A DNA stretch of 64,000 nucleotides from Adineta vaga (Eukaryota; Animalia; Rotifera): contig CP075496.1 in NCBI GenBank assembly GCA_021613535.1, forward strand, positions 4,526,001 through 4,590,000, read 5' to 3'. Both the position numbers and the translations under genes were made by a program. Below the pieces are notes generated by a model. The model did no database searches. It saw only the letters and a program-made list of their open reading frames with translations, and was not told where the DNA came from. Positions 28,543 to 40,981 of this stretch are shown here, piece after piece; position 1 is the stretch's first letter, and every line of letters starts with the position of its first letter.

Positions 28543-29222
28543 ATGGCGTCATCATCAACTAATTCGATACAGCCGCAAGACTACGATTATTTTCTTGTCT
28601 TGGACTTTGAAGCAACATGTGACGATAAAACAAAACTAAATCAACATGAAATTATCGAATTTCCTGTTTTAAAAATCAATGGTCGTACATTTGAATGTGA
28701 ATCAACTTTTCATGCATGTTAGTAAAATAAATCGTGAACAATCTTGTAAATATATTTGATTTTTCGTTAGATGTAACTCCAACATTGAATCCCCAGTTAA
28801 CCGAATTTTGTACGAAACTAACTGGTATAACTCAAGATATGGTAAGTAATCAACCAAATCTTGCTGCTGTTCTCGAAGATTTTGATATATGGTTACGCAA
28901 AGAAGATCTTCTTAAAAAAACAGTAAGGTTTATTTTTGTTACTTGTGGTGATTGGGACTTATATACAATGCTACCTGGTCAATGTGATTATTTCCATTTG
29001 CCACGTGCAGAATATTTCAATCGATGGATCAATATTAAGAAGTCATTTAATAAAGTGATAAGAAAATATCCACGCAGTGGTATGGTGGGTATGTTAGGAG
29101 ATCTGAATATTCAACATCAAGGAAGACATCATAGTGGTATTGATGATTGTAGAAATATTGCAGAAATCTTAAAAGCATTAGCTTTACGTGGACATGTTTT
29201 TGAAGAGAACAGAAAGAAATAA
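28543..29222 (+). CDS. ERI1-family DEDDh 3'-5' exoribonuclease (ERI3-like), 2 exons
   Basis: YFLVLDFEATC, EIIEFP, LTEFCTKLTGITQDMV, FVTCGDWDL, WINIKKSF, GRHHSGIDDCRNIA. Confidence 0.92.
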
Positions 29223-29476
29223 AAATACAAAGTTTTTTTTCTTTTCATTAGTTTTTTTAAACAAAATCTCATGATGAATTTGTTGTGATGAATAAATGGA
29301 TTGAATAAATAATGATCTGATAGTTACAACAATTGAAAATTGTGCAAGAATATTTTTTTGATCAAAATATTGTCAAGCCAAACGATCATGTATAGTAGTG
29401 TAAACTAGGACGAAGAGAGCGATATCATACTAGTGAAAATAAAATGAGTTATTATTCAAGCTCTTTTTTGTACTAA

Positions 29477-30058
29477 CGAGGAAGGTTCACCAACTTGCAA
29501 ATCCCTTTTGGGTTCAAACATAGTTGGTCATAGGCAATCGACCATGCTGAATCCGAATATCATGGTCGTTACGGCTAATGCTATGCCAGAGAACCGCTTC
29601 TCTGAAAGCCGAGCTTCCGGAGAACCAACATTTTCCCAAATGTTGTTTTCCATTGCCTCACGTTATAGAGCACATCGAACTGTGTGTGAATCAATATGTG
29701 TTTTTTTCTTGCAAGAGTGGTTTCCACGAAACCAAAAGGAACTTTTGTTTTTATATGAAAATGCTATGGTATGCATCCATCATATGAATTTAATTAACTA
29801 TCTGTCTTAGAAAAAATCGATATGAAATAAAAACAATTATTGTATTGTAGACACTTCGATATGCTCTATAATCTGAGCTTATAAAAAACAAAATTCGAAA
29901 TTTGTTGTGGTGTTCTAGAAGCCCTGTTTACAGAGAAGCGGTTCTCTGGCATAGCATTAGCCGTAACGACCATGATATTCGGATTCAGCATGGTCGATTG
30001 CCTATGACCAACTATGTTTGAACCCGCAAGAGATTTGCAAGTTGGTGAACCTTCCTCG
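29477..30058. mobile_element. Non-autonomous DNA transposon (MITE), 582 bp, with about 128-bp terminal inverted repeats and a TAA target-site duplication
   Basis: 29477-29604 is the reverse complement of 29931-30058 with 3 mismatches. It is flanked by taa|CGAGG...CCTCG|taa. No transposase inside. Confidence 0.9.
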
Positions 30059-30703
30059 TAAGTTCATAAGAAGAGATTGAATAGATTTATGTGGACATTG
30101 AAACCAATATACTCATTGATTAGTACAACTTCACCACAATGGAATTGTTAATATTTACTGCTGATCGATATATTTTTATTTTTCATCTATCAAAGAGAAT
30201 TGTTTCTGTTTATACTACTATCAAAGGAAAAAGTCGACGCATCTAAATATACTAGGAAATGAAGAATGGGCGTTGACGATACTTGATTCGGACTTTACTC
30301 TCGAATAAATCACTAAATTTTTACTACGGTAAGTTGTCTATACCAATCTTATGTGTACATTGCTCATCAACAATTGTAACGAAAGTGTAGTCTTAATCCC
30401 ATAAAACAAATGCACAATAACAATAGCAATATGAACAACCGCAAGAGAGAAAGTAAACGAGTTGAAAATTGACAGAACAAACGTAATCACATTAATCCTC
30501 AAGACAATACTATCAACCGATCGAATAGTAAAGATTTCGTTGTCTCTCTTTCTCTCTCTCTCTTTCTTTTTACGTCACATTTCGATCGATTTATACGTCT
30601 AATCGATGTTTCATCATTATTGTTATCGAAAACGAAACTATTCTATGATGTACCATATTGTTTTAAATTATTGATTTTGATTAAAAGACAATAAGTCATT
30701 CTA

Positions 30704-33700
30704 ATGATTCTCATACGATCCTTTCTTGTGATATTCTTTATAAAAAGTATGTCATTAATTTTTGTTTTCTTTGTTAAAACTAATAAAATATTTGAAAATT
30801 TAGTTTATTTTCTTCTTGCTGCTGAACAAAAATTCAAAATTGTATGTTACTTCTCCAATTGGGGTAGGTTATTTATTTCTATTTTGATTTCAATATCAAC
30901 GATACTTCATAGCGGTAAAACGTCCCGGTGGAGGTTCAATGACTCCTGAAGATATTGATCCTTGTTTATGTACACATGTTATATATGCTTTTTCGGAAAT
31001 GGATAATAATCAGTTGACGCCAATGGAAAAACATGATTTGAAAGATGGAAATCAAGCAGGTAGATTCGAAGAGTGATCATATATGATGGATGCTTGTTTA
31101 TATTTACAAGGTTTCTTTGAACGATTCAATGCTTGGAAGAGTGTGAACAAGAATTTAAGAACTCTGCTAGCTGTTGGTGGTTGGGTATGATATTTTTGAG
31201 AAGTGAACATTGAGTAGAATTTGCCTGATATTTGTTTAGGATATGGGTATGAAAGATTTTGCAGGTAAAATACAACTTGTAATCGTTTGTGGTAACTAAT
31301 AGGAATATATTGATTTGATAGGTATTGTTAAATCGGAAAAGACAATGGTAAAATTTGCTGAAGCAGCAATTAAATATTTACGAAAGCATAAATTTGATGG
31401 TCTTGATCTTGGTAAGTGATTGATCAGAAAGTTTAGTAATCAAGAAACTTTATTCATCTTTATTTAGACTTTGAATATCCTGGTAAGAATTTGTCAATCG
31501 ACAAAGCATCTACTATGTTTTGAATAAAATAAATAGGAGTGGATTGGCGAGATAGTCCGAAAGAAGATAAGCAGAAATTTACAAGAATGTGTGAAGTAAA
31601 TATAACAACTGAAATAGAAATGTTTAGTAATTGAATTTTTCAATCAGATTCTATATGAAATGTTCGAAAAAGAAGCAGAAAAAAGTGGAAATGAACGTCT
31701 TCTTCTTACTGCAGCTGTAGCAGCTGCGAAAATTAACATCGATAAAGCATATGAAGTGGATAAACTTGTTCCGTAAGTACAAATATTCCTACTGAAGAGA
31801 ATATCAAAGTTATTTTCATTCATGACTTTTAGAGTGATCGATTGGTATAAGAAAATGAATATCAAAAAGTTTAAAATGATTTTATTTTTTGTTATAAAAA
31901 AGGTTTAATTTAATGACTTATGATTTTCATGGATCATGGGATCAAAATCGTGCTCATCATTCATCATTAAATAGCAAAGATAATGAAAAAGATGATACAA
32001 TGTATAGTGTATGTATTAGAAAACATTTAAATTCAATGATATTCATTCGAGATTTATTCTAGGATTTTGCTGTAAAATATTTTCAAAAATTAGGTATGCC
32101 TGCGAATAAAATGATGTTAGGTATAGGTACATATGGACGAGGTGATACACCAGCTATGCCATATACTGGATTTAAAGGTGAAAGTGGTTTTGTTGCGTAT
32201 TATGAAGTAAAATAATCTTGAATTCTTTTCTTCATTTTTCATATTCGATGATCTTTTCTTTTCAACAAAAAAGAGTTGTATTCAAATTGTTTGTGAAAAT
32301 ATGAAAGAAACATGGGATGCTAAACAACTTGTACCATATATTGCTGGTCCATATAATCAACCAAAAGCAGGTGTAGAAAATGTTCGAAGTATCAAATATA
32401 AAGTAAGAAAGACGATGAGAAATGTCAAGATGTGTTAGAAAAGATGTTTTGTTTTTTCGAGGCTAATTATATCAAACAAAATAATTTGGGAGGTGCAATG
32501 ATTTGGACATTGGATATGGATGATTTTCGTGGTCAGTTCTGTTGTCAAGGAAAATTTCCTTTGATTAAAACGATAAAAGCTGTTCTACATGGACAATTGA
32601 AATTATTACCAAAGGAAAAAATCTGTTCAACTTGTCCAACCAAAGAATATAAAGGTAGTAAATTCATTGTGATGTAACTAAACTTGAATTGAAAAGGAAT
32701 GTATATGCAGATTTTAAAGCTAATTCACAATCACAACCACAAACTACTGAAAAGCCAACAAAAAAACCAAAGAAATCGAAACGTGATGCAGAAGGACCCA
32801 GTAAAGATAACTTTGATAAAAGAATAGTAATGGACAGCATATTTTCGTTTTGTTTATTTAGCACCCGAAGATGTTTGTGAAGAGTTAAAAGATGGACAAT
32901 GGCCAGATCCATCTGATTGCAAGAGTTATTTTCTATGTCGTGGTGTAGGTAGTCAATGGGGAGAACAAAAACGTGAAGTTTGTTATGCCGGTAAGACTAT
33001 CAACCTGAACATCGGATGCAGAAGAATAGCGTTAGGAGTATAGGATTGATAAAAAGGTGTAAGATGCGACTCTAGAAAGTTATTATTTTTCGTCAGAGAA
33101 ATTAATTAAAAAAAAACGATCTTTGTTCTAGGTTCTTATTTTGATCCTAATGAAAAAACATGTAAATGGGTTGGTGCTGATAAGGTTTGTTTATTTCGAT
33201 CGTTCTTCGAGTTACATCTGTAAATTTATTCTTTCAATTTCTTCAGATTAATTGCGAAGAACTAGTTGAAGGATATGAAAATCCTGTTGCTGGTGTAACA
33301 GGAGCACCAGAAGATGGTGAAGATGAGGGTGAAGATGAAGATATAACAGGTGATATGGGTACAGTATCACAAAAAAAGAGTAAATCATCGTCATCATTAT
33401 CAAGTAAATCCATGTCAATTCTGAGTCGATCAATATCTGAATTTGATACATGTGCACCTGAGAAATCTGTTGAATTTGATCCTGTTCAAGGTAATTGATA
33501 ATTTTCCTAGTTTTTTTATTTTTCATGGCTCGCTTCATCTTGTATAGCATTCTATAGGTATGCTTTGTTACTCTTGCGAAAGTCAGAAGGAGAACAGCGA
33601 ATGTCAAATCAATCCCAATCAGACAACGACGATGATGTGCGACTCGAAACAACAAATTTGTTACACCAAAAAAATCACAAACGGCGTCGGTAAGCAACTC

Positions 33701-34066
33701 AGATGATATAAGTTCTCAGTTTCGTTTATTGTATGAAAAAAATAATTCTTAGGAAAACTAGTACAGCTCATTCGTGGATGCATAATACCACCATCATCGA
33801 CGGGCAATCTCACTCAACAAACACCATGTCAGTCAAACAAAGTCGAAGGAAAAACTACATGCATGAAATATTGTCTCACCAGCTTGTGCAACAATCAAGA
33901 CATAAGGTTAATTTTAATTGAATGAAGCAAAATTTCGAATATTTTATTCTTTTCTTTTTTTTTCAACAGTGGCGCTCCGGCACTAACAATCAATCGATTG
34001 ACATCCGTCATTTATTACCTTTTGGCTCTTGTACTAATACTCCTATCTACACAAATTTGTTATTGA
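30704..34066 (+). CDS. GH18 chitinase with CBM14 chitin-binding domain, acidic linker, Ly6/uPAR three-finger domain and GPI-type C-terminal signal (many exons)
   Basis: Signal peptide; KIVCYFSNWA, DIDPCLCTHVIYAF, KTLLAVGGW, FDGLDLDFEYP, NLMTYDFHGSW, LGGAMIWTLDMDDF. CBM14-like CEELKDGQWPDPSDCKSYFLC...CYAGSYFDPNEKTCKW. Ten-Cys LCYSC...RGC...CLTSLCN, then a hydrophobic tail. Confidence 0.88.
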
Positions 34067-34911
34067 TCATAACATTTTTATCAGCTATTCTACTGCATAT
34101 ATAAACGATTGAACGAGAACAAAATTTTGTTATCTGTTTTTCTCTTTCACATCTATCTATCTTTTTCTTGTTTAAAAATAAAATTATCATCTATGTCAGA
34201 TGAAATTATACTGCGATAGAAAAAATTTTTTGAAAAGACTTGTACAATCTATCACATTTCTTCTTTCAAATGTCAAATAGAAATGTCATTTATCTAAAGA
34301 AACTCATTAACTTTTGTTATTTTATCTTCTTTCATTAACAGATTTTTTTGCGTTTCGATTCTTTTTTCTATTCAATGTAGTTAGATGCCATGTTCTTCTC
34401 TTGGTTAGTGAACATTGCTTATGTCAGGAGATTCAATGGTAACTAAGTCTTTCTTTTTTTTTCGTTTTTATTCACTAGTATAACAGAAATCTTGATAAAA
34501 AAGTGCAAGAAGAAAAAAAAGAACGAAACATGTCCTTTACTTGTATAAATACATATGTGTGCGTGCACAAGCCTGTAAACGGCTGATGATTACCTTTTGG
34601 CCTTGCTAGTATTGTAAGACACTTCACCTCTCAAACTTTTCTTCTAGAGAAGAAGAAGAAAAAGAAAAAGAAGAAACTAAAGGCACTCTTTGAATAAAAA
34701 AAATGTCTTATACAATGTCACATACTTTTCTCTCAAATGCATCTGGATTTCTTCGTTGACAATGATCTGATGTTTTCTTTATGATACTTTCATTTTTTCT
34801 CTTATGCAAACATTTTTATTGTTATACATCGTATGTTTTATTTATTATAGATACTTCATGTATCTAGTACGTTGATAATAATTATATTTAGTAGAAGAAT
34901 AAAATATCACC

Positions 34912-35626
34912 ATGTCGATTGGTGAAATTGATACTACGGCATTGATAATGTAAGCAATGAATATTTACGTTAAATGATTTTTTTTGAAGATAATTCTCTC
35001 TTTAGTTGTGTTTGTGTAATTATTCCAGCAGTAGTTGCCATTAGTGTATGTGCAATTCTCTATTTTTCACATCGTAATAAAGATCGAAAATTACATCGTC
35101 AAACAAGTATGTACTTTACTAAAATTTATATATTTCTAATAAAAAACGAAAATATCCTATTTACATATTTATATTCTGTTTACTAGTTGGGTTAAAACAC
35201 TTGAAAAGTAACGATATAGGATCAGGTTTATAAAATACTGATTGAAAACTTTCATTATTATGTTATTCCTTACGACAAACAGATTGTTTATGTCTAGATA
35301 GATCATCTTTATATGAATATGATTCTTCACATGAACGACAAGCTCAAGATGCTTATATAATTGATTTTACACGTACGAATCGTTCTCAACAACAACGTCG
35401 TCCACGTGGACCACCACCGGTATTCGAACAATCACCACCTGCATATGATACGACAATCATTCCAACACGACGACAACCAGCTTCATTCTATTTACCCGTT
35501 CGTACTGGACCTTACTCAAAAACTGCTCGTCAATCTCCATCTACAATCACACCATCAATACATTCAATAATGCCACCATCTTATGCCGAAATATTTTTAA
35601 CACCTCATACTTTATCAGATGAATAA
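34912..35626 (+). CDS. Small single-pass membrane protein with two PPxY motifs (4 exons)
   Basis: Short N-terminus, TM IVCVIIPAVVAISVCAILYF, basic stop-transfer segment, cytoplasmic SPPAY and MPPSY. Confidence 0.7.
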
Positions 35627-35782
35627 GAATTGATCATTCATGTTTTTTTCTTTAATCTTGTTTACAGAAAACAGGAATGTTGTTTTTATATTTTTTTACA
35701 TTCTATCTCGTTTCTATTCTTTTTCTCATTTACATGTATGAAATTTTAAGAAAAAGAAAACACAATAATGATAGAATTATGC

Positions 35783-36504
35783 TCAATGAATGTTTACTGT
35801 TTCGTGATTGTGATTTGATAAATATTTGATCGTATTCGATCGAAATGAATTCTCGCGACAATAGGAAACCTAAAACGAGGAACATATATACAGTTTTATA
35901 AAGATCTATTGATAAGAATTATTTCAATATTTACCACACGAACTATTGAACATATAAAATCGACAAATGCTGCTATGACTGATATTAAAAATATTATCCA
36001 TGACCAATCAGCAAGTCGACTGTCGTTATATGTAATTACGTATATTCCAATAAGACTAGAAAGGCAAGTGGGTATGAGAAATACCAAAGTCAATAGAAGT
36101 GAAAGTTCTTCTACAAGGGAACAAGTTATTAGAAATTATCTGTTATTTTTCTTTATAAATTTACCTAGAATAAGATTTATACGAGATCGAGTTCGCTTCC
36201 ATAATAAGATTGTATTCAATATTTCGAATATCAAATTCAATAGAACAAGTGCACAAAAAACCCACAAATACTTTTTGGGATGATTATATTCATAACATCG
36301 ACTACCATAATTGTAGCAATGTAATTGAACTCCTTTGAAATCAAATAAATTGTTTTTATAAATAAACTTAGTAATATTTACCATAATGACTACTTTCATC
36401 ACTTTCTCTTATGCCCAATAATGAGTATTAATTGCAATTATAAATGCAATAAATACCATTAATTTGCAACTAATGATATAAGTATTTAAAAGTGGCCAAG
36501 ACAT
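35783..36504 (-). CDS. Small claudin-like four-TM protein, paralog A (4 exons; apparent missing G in exon 1)
   Basis: MSWPLLNTYIISCKLMVFIAFIIAINTHYW, loop GVQLHCYNYGSRC, three more TMs, ADWSWIIF before TM4. Exon 1 reads through only if tattgggc has one extra G. Confidence 0.6.
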
Positions 36505-36737
36505 TTATTTTATAAGTTAATCTCTACTTTCATATGATCGAACAAGATATACTTCTCTATTTAAAGGCAAAGTTTTTTTTTTCTTTGCGATAAGCATCCA
36601 ATTACAAAATATTAATCATTTTCTGATCATATATCATTTAATCAAAATCAAATTTCTTTCGACATCAAGTCGCTTGAGTACGACTTATCTTTTATTTATA
36701 GAATATCGTTTAAAAAATCCAACAAAACAAAGTTTAA

Positions 36738-37468
36738 TTAAATATCACTATCGACAACTGATTTCTGTCGATATTTATAAACATGTTTGACTTGATTTCT
36801 TTGTTCATATTGACAATTATTCATCTAGAAGAATTCTTTTTGTTTGCAAAAAACAAACTTCTCATTTACGAAATCATCAACATACCATTCTTGCAATCGA
36901 ACAAACACAATCAATTGGAAGAAGAATTGTAACTAATCCAAAAGCATAAAACGTCCAATGAAGTTGTATTTCAACAATTTCAATAGCAATACGAATATGA
37001 ACAGCACTAACCCATGTACAATGAATTGTTATAGCAAATGATAAAGCAATACATGTTTGTTCTATATAACATAAACATATCTATATATATATTTCACTTT
37101 TATAAATTTACCAAGAAAAAAATTTAAAATTGATCGAATATGATAATCAGAGAAATATAATAAACTGATATCAATAATTTCCAATAGAAGATCGATTGCA
37201 GCTAATAGACATGGTAGTATAATAACTAGACGAGGTAATGGCATCGGATCTTTTGTACTACAAAATGCGCCATAAGAAATACATAGTTGTTCAATTAAAT
37301 GTGAATCAACTAGAAAAGAAAAAGAAAAATATTTATCGATTTATTTTTTATTTTACCTGTCCGATTATCGATTTGAAACCAATGATATGAATAGAGCGAT
37401 ATGAGTAAACAAATAAATGATATAATTTTACAAGAAAGAATCAAAATAGATAAGTAGATAGGAGTCAT
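36738..37468 (-). CDS. Small claudin-like four-TM protein, paralog B (4 exons)
   Basis: MTPIYLSILILSCKIISFICLLISLYSYHWF, loop LCISYGAFC, LHWTFYAF before TM4, DCVCSIARM (paralog A has DFICSIVRV). Same intron positions as paralog A. Confidence 0.65.
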
Positions 37469-39743
37469 GTGTTGTTTTGTCCAGAGAAGAAACACAAAAC
37501 AAGCCTTTTTTTTCTTCAAAGATGATAATTGATAAATATTCTGTTACAAATTGATACGTTTGATAAACATACCGATTGAATTACCTAAAATAAATAGGAA
37601 ATGATTACAGTTCGGTGAACTGAATAAACTTTCACTAGAGAGAGGAACAAGGAAACTAACAATGAAGCTTTTTTATGTAAGATAGATATAAAAATGACTA
37701 TATCATGATAAAAATAGTTTTTTTTTCCTTAATAATTATGACCAAATACGAAAAAGCTCTAGAAACGAACGATATTTCTGACTTTACGTAAAAAAGAAAA
37801 ATCGATTTGTCAATTTTGTTATCCGATAAATGTAAAAAACAATTTTTATTGATACAAAAAAGCGTGGTTAAATCAATGAAATAAACATGTAACTCATTCG
37901 ACTATTTCCGCCTATTTTTCTCTTATAATTTACATGACGCGTTGCTAAGAAGTCCGTAACTGGAAGAGAAAAATCGTCAAGTTGTTTAGCATGATTCATT
38001 TGTTATTCTACTTGTTTACCATTTATGGAAACATATCGACATATGAATGCCAACACTTCTATAGTTATTCAACAAATTACATATGAAAAACTTTCTTCGA
38101 CCACTCTCAGTGAAACAAAACAATGATCTACTTTTTTTCTCTTTATCAAATTGTAATATGTAACTAAATCCTAAATATATTGTTTTCCTCACATATTCAG
38201 AGAAAATAACTCGTTCGACAAATATTGAAAAGGAGAAGAACATTCATTATCTACTTACAAAAATAGCTTGTTGAAAAGAACATCGACGTGTTTTTCATTT
38301 AGGATTAAGATTACAATACTTAAATGAATGTCTGTTGAAGAGAAAAACGAGCTAGTTTTCTTCGTTGATTCTAATTTTCATCTTGTAGGTTATGTTTGTG
38401 TAGTGAGACGAAGTCAATGTTCATAGAATATTTATAGTGATACTATTTCCGAGTTTGTTTAAGGAGAAAAGAGGGAAGAAAGAAAGAAAGAAAGAATATT
38501 TTGCAACGAATAGCTCTTCAAAAAGTGATTATTATTAAATGATAATTCCTTTTCTTTCCTTTCCTTTCCTACCATATTAATCAAAAGCAAATAGTTTATT
38601 TCGTCATTTATTTTCCAAATGTTAACAAAGAATAAATCCTTGATAATAATAAAAAAGAACAGAAATTCTATTCTATCGAGTTTATAAATAAAACTAAGAT
38701 AACAGTTGAAAAGAAGTATATTACCACACAGTTGATTGTATATATAAAGAGACAGATAGAAATCGAGGTAGACTGATTACAAGCCTCAAGATACGATAAA
38801 AGAAGATATAAAAATAGACAATCAATGTATGCCGATATTACATATAGATGAGAAAAAAAACCTTCTGTAGAATAACTAATGAACGAACAGCACGGAGAAA
38901 ATCAAAAGGCATGCTGCAAAGAACAAAGCTATCAGAACATTTATTTTATTAGAAAAAAAATTCGCTCTCCTTTATCAGCTAATGCGTAAAGGATCGATAG
39001 AACAATCGAATGAAGTTATATATTAACAGAACTTGATCTTTATTCTTTTAGTGCATTATTCCATTCTATGATGACTCGAGAGAATTGTTATTGATCAATG
39101 AGTTTGTCAATATTTTTCATCTTAGAAAAAAAATATAACAAAGAATGTCAGTTAATAAATTAGCATGTCGGATGATTTCTAACGATTCAGTGTGTATTAT
39201 AATCATCATACGCAAAAGAATCGTTTGTTCGAATAGCAATGTCCTTTTTTTTACACTTCCTTTTCATTTCTACCTGACATTGTTCGATGCACAATTCATA
39301 AAAACAAGAAAATATCAATGCTTTCTATTCACAAGTTATGACCTCACCGATATTTTATTATTAACCCGAATAATCTATGATTGATCTAAAAAAAGTACAT
39401 CGAAACGATTCCAATCTCGCGTCTCTCTAATTTATTGACAAAATATTGACGATGCTATTCAAGTCTCTCTCGATGTGTCTATATATGAAATATACATAAT
39501 TATTTCTAGATCAAGACTTTTTTCGACATTCTCTTCTATTTTTCATTGATTTATGTTCGCGTATATTTATAATCATAGTGCGTTCCTCAACGAAAAATCA
39601 TGGCAGATGAAAAAAAGAGAGAGAGAAAAGAATCCATAATTGATGGTAGTTAAATGTACTCTTTCGCTATAACCTATTCATTCATTCAATCGATCCTGTA
39701 GACTTTAAAGGTACTCACGATTTAGTTGGAAAAAAGTACAACT

Positions 39744-40386
39744 ATGCACAAGTTTGAAAATATAAAATCAGTTAGATTCAACGAATATTCTTCAAATTTC
39801 AATAAAGAAGATATGTCATCACCATTATCGAATTCTCAAAATAAAAATCCCAAACCAGAACATTTCGATGATGATAGAACACCATTAAGACCTGCGGTAT
39901 TGAATGATAATGCACCTGTATTAATGTAAGATTGAAAAAAAAATTTATTTTATTACATTATAATAAAAATTTCTTTTAAAATTTTTCTAGAAGTTTAGTG
40001 ATTATTATTCCAGTCATCTTTGTTATCCTTTTATGTTTATTAACATTTTGTATTTATCGATGGCGAAAGAGACGAAACGAACGACAAACAAGAAGTTCAT
40101 CAATAGGTAATTACAAATATTTCGAAATAAGTTAGAAGATTTTCTTATTTTATTAGTTACAATCTATCAAGAAAATAATGATTTATCATCATTATCTTAC
40201 AAAAATTTACATGATACAACAGATTTACCTCCATCATATTCAAAAATATCCAAAACAAAAGAAAATCTACAACCGATAACATACAATAATGATACTATTA
40301 AAGAATATCCACAATCGGGAATAAAAAATGAAACCACTTTTACTTCAACATCAAATAATTCTTATCCTATTAATACAGTTCCATGA
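39744..40386 (+). CDS. Single-pass membrane protein with PPSY motif (3 exons; start may be the downstream Met of MSSPLS)
   Basis: TM LVIIIPVIFVILLCLLTFCIY followed by RWRKRR; cytoplasmic DLPPSYSKI. Confidence 0.65.
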
Positions 40387-40981
40387 AAGAACATCTCTAT
40401 CGTAATAAAATACATACTTTAAAAAAAAATCTGTTTCTTTTCTGTTAATCATTATTCATCCAAGTGTACAGTTTGAAAAATAAAATAGCTCTTTGTTTTC
40501 TAATTGAACTGATAGATTCTTTTCATTTTCTATAGCATCGTAGTACAGAAGAAATATTTTCTCATTATTTTAATTACATTTAGGTAAATATGAGTTTCTA
40601 GGGAAAACTCGATTTCCTCTTACTTATTAAAGTTTTTTTAATCAATTTTCATAAATATATTCAATGAGTTCTTTTTTCCTTGTCATTGACTCGAGAATGA
40701 CAAAAGAATGAATTTCTTTATTTATATTCTTCGTTGATTTCTAAAAGCATTGCCTATATAACAACTAGAAAAAAAAACTTGGTCTTCAAAAAGAAAAAGA
40801 GAAATAACAGAAGAATTCAAATGTTCGTCGTCGTACTTTTTTCTTGTGCAAGAAAAAGTACAATAGTGAAAACGTGTATCAAGTAGAAGAGAAGAAGAAA
40901 AAGAAAGAAAACGATTTTTATTATTTTTTCCTTGATAATTTCAAAGCAACAAAACGCTTGAAACCATCATTAATACCTCAA

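Noticed and set aside
29508-29810. ORFs inside the MITE as a possible transposase
   Set aside because: Short, with no DDE or DNA-binding motifs; the start lies inside the TIR.
33733-34104. ORF-track peptides after the chitinase as separate genes
   Set aside because: Wrong frames of the Ly6 and GPI-signal exons.
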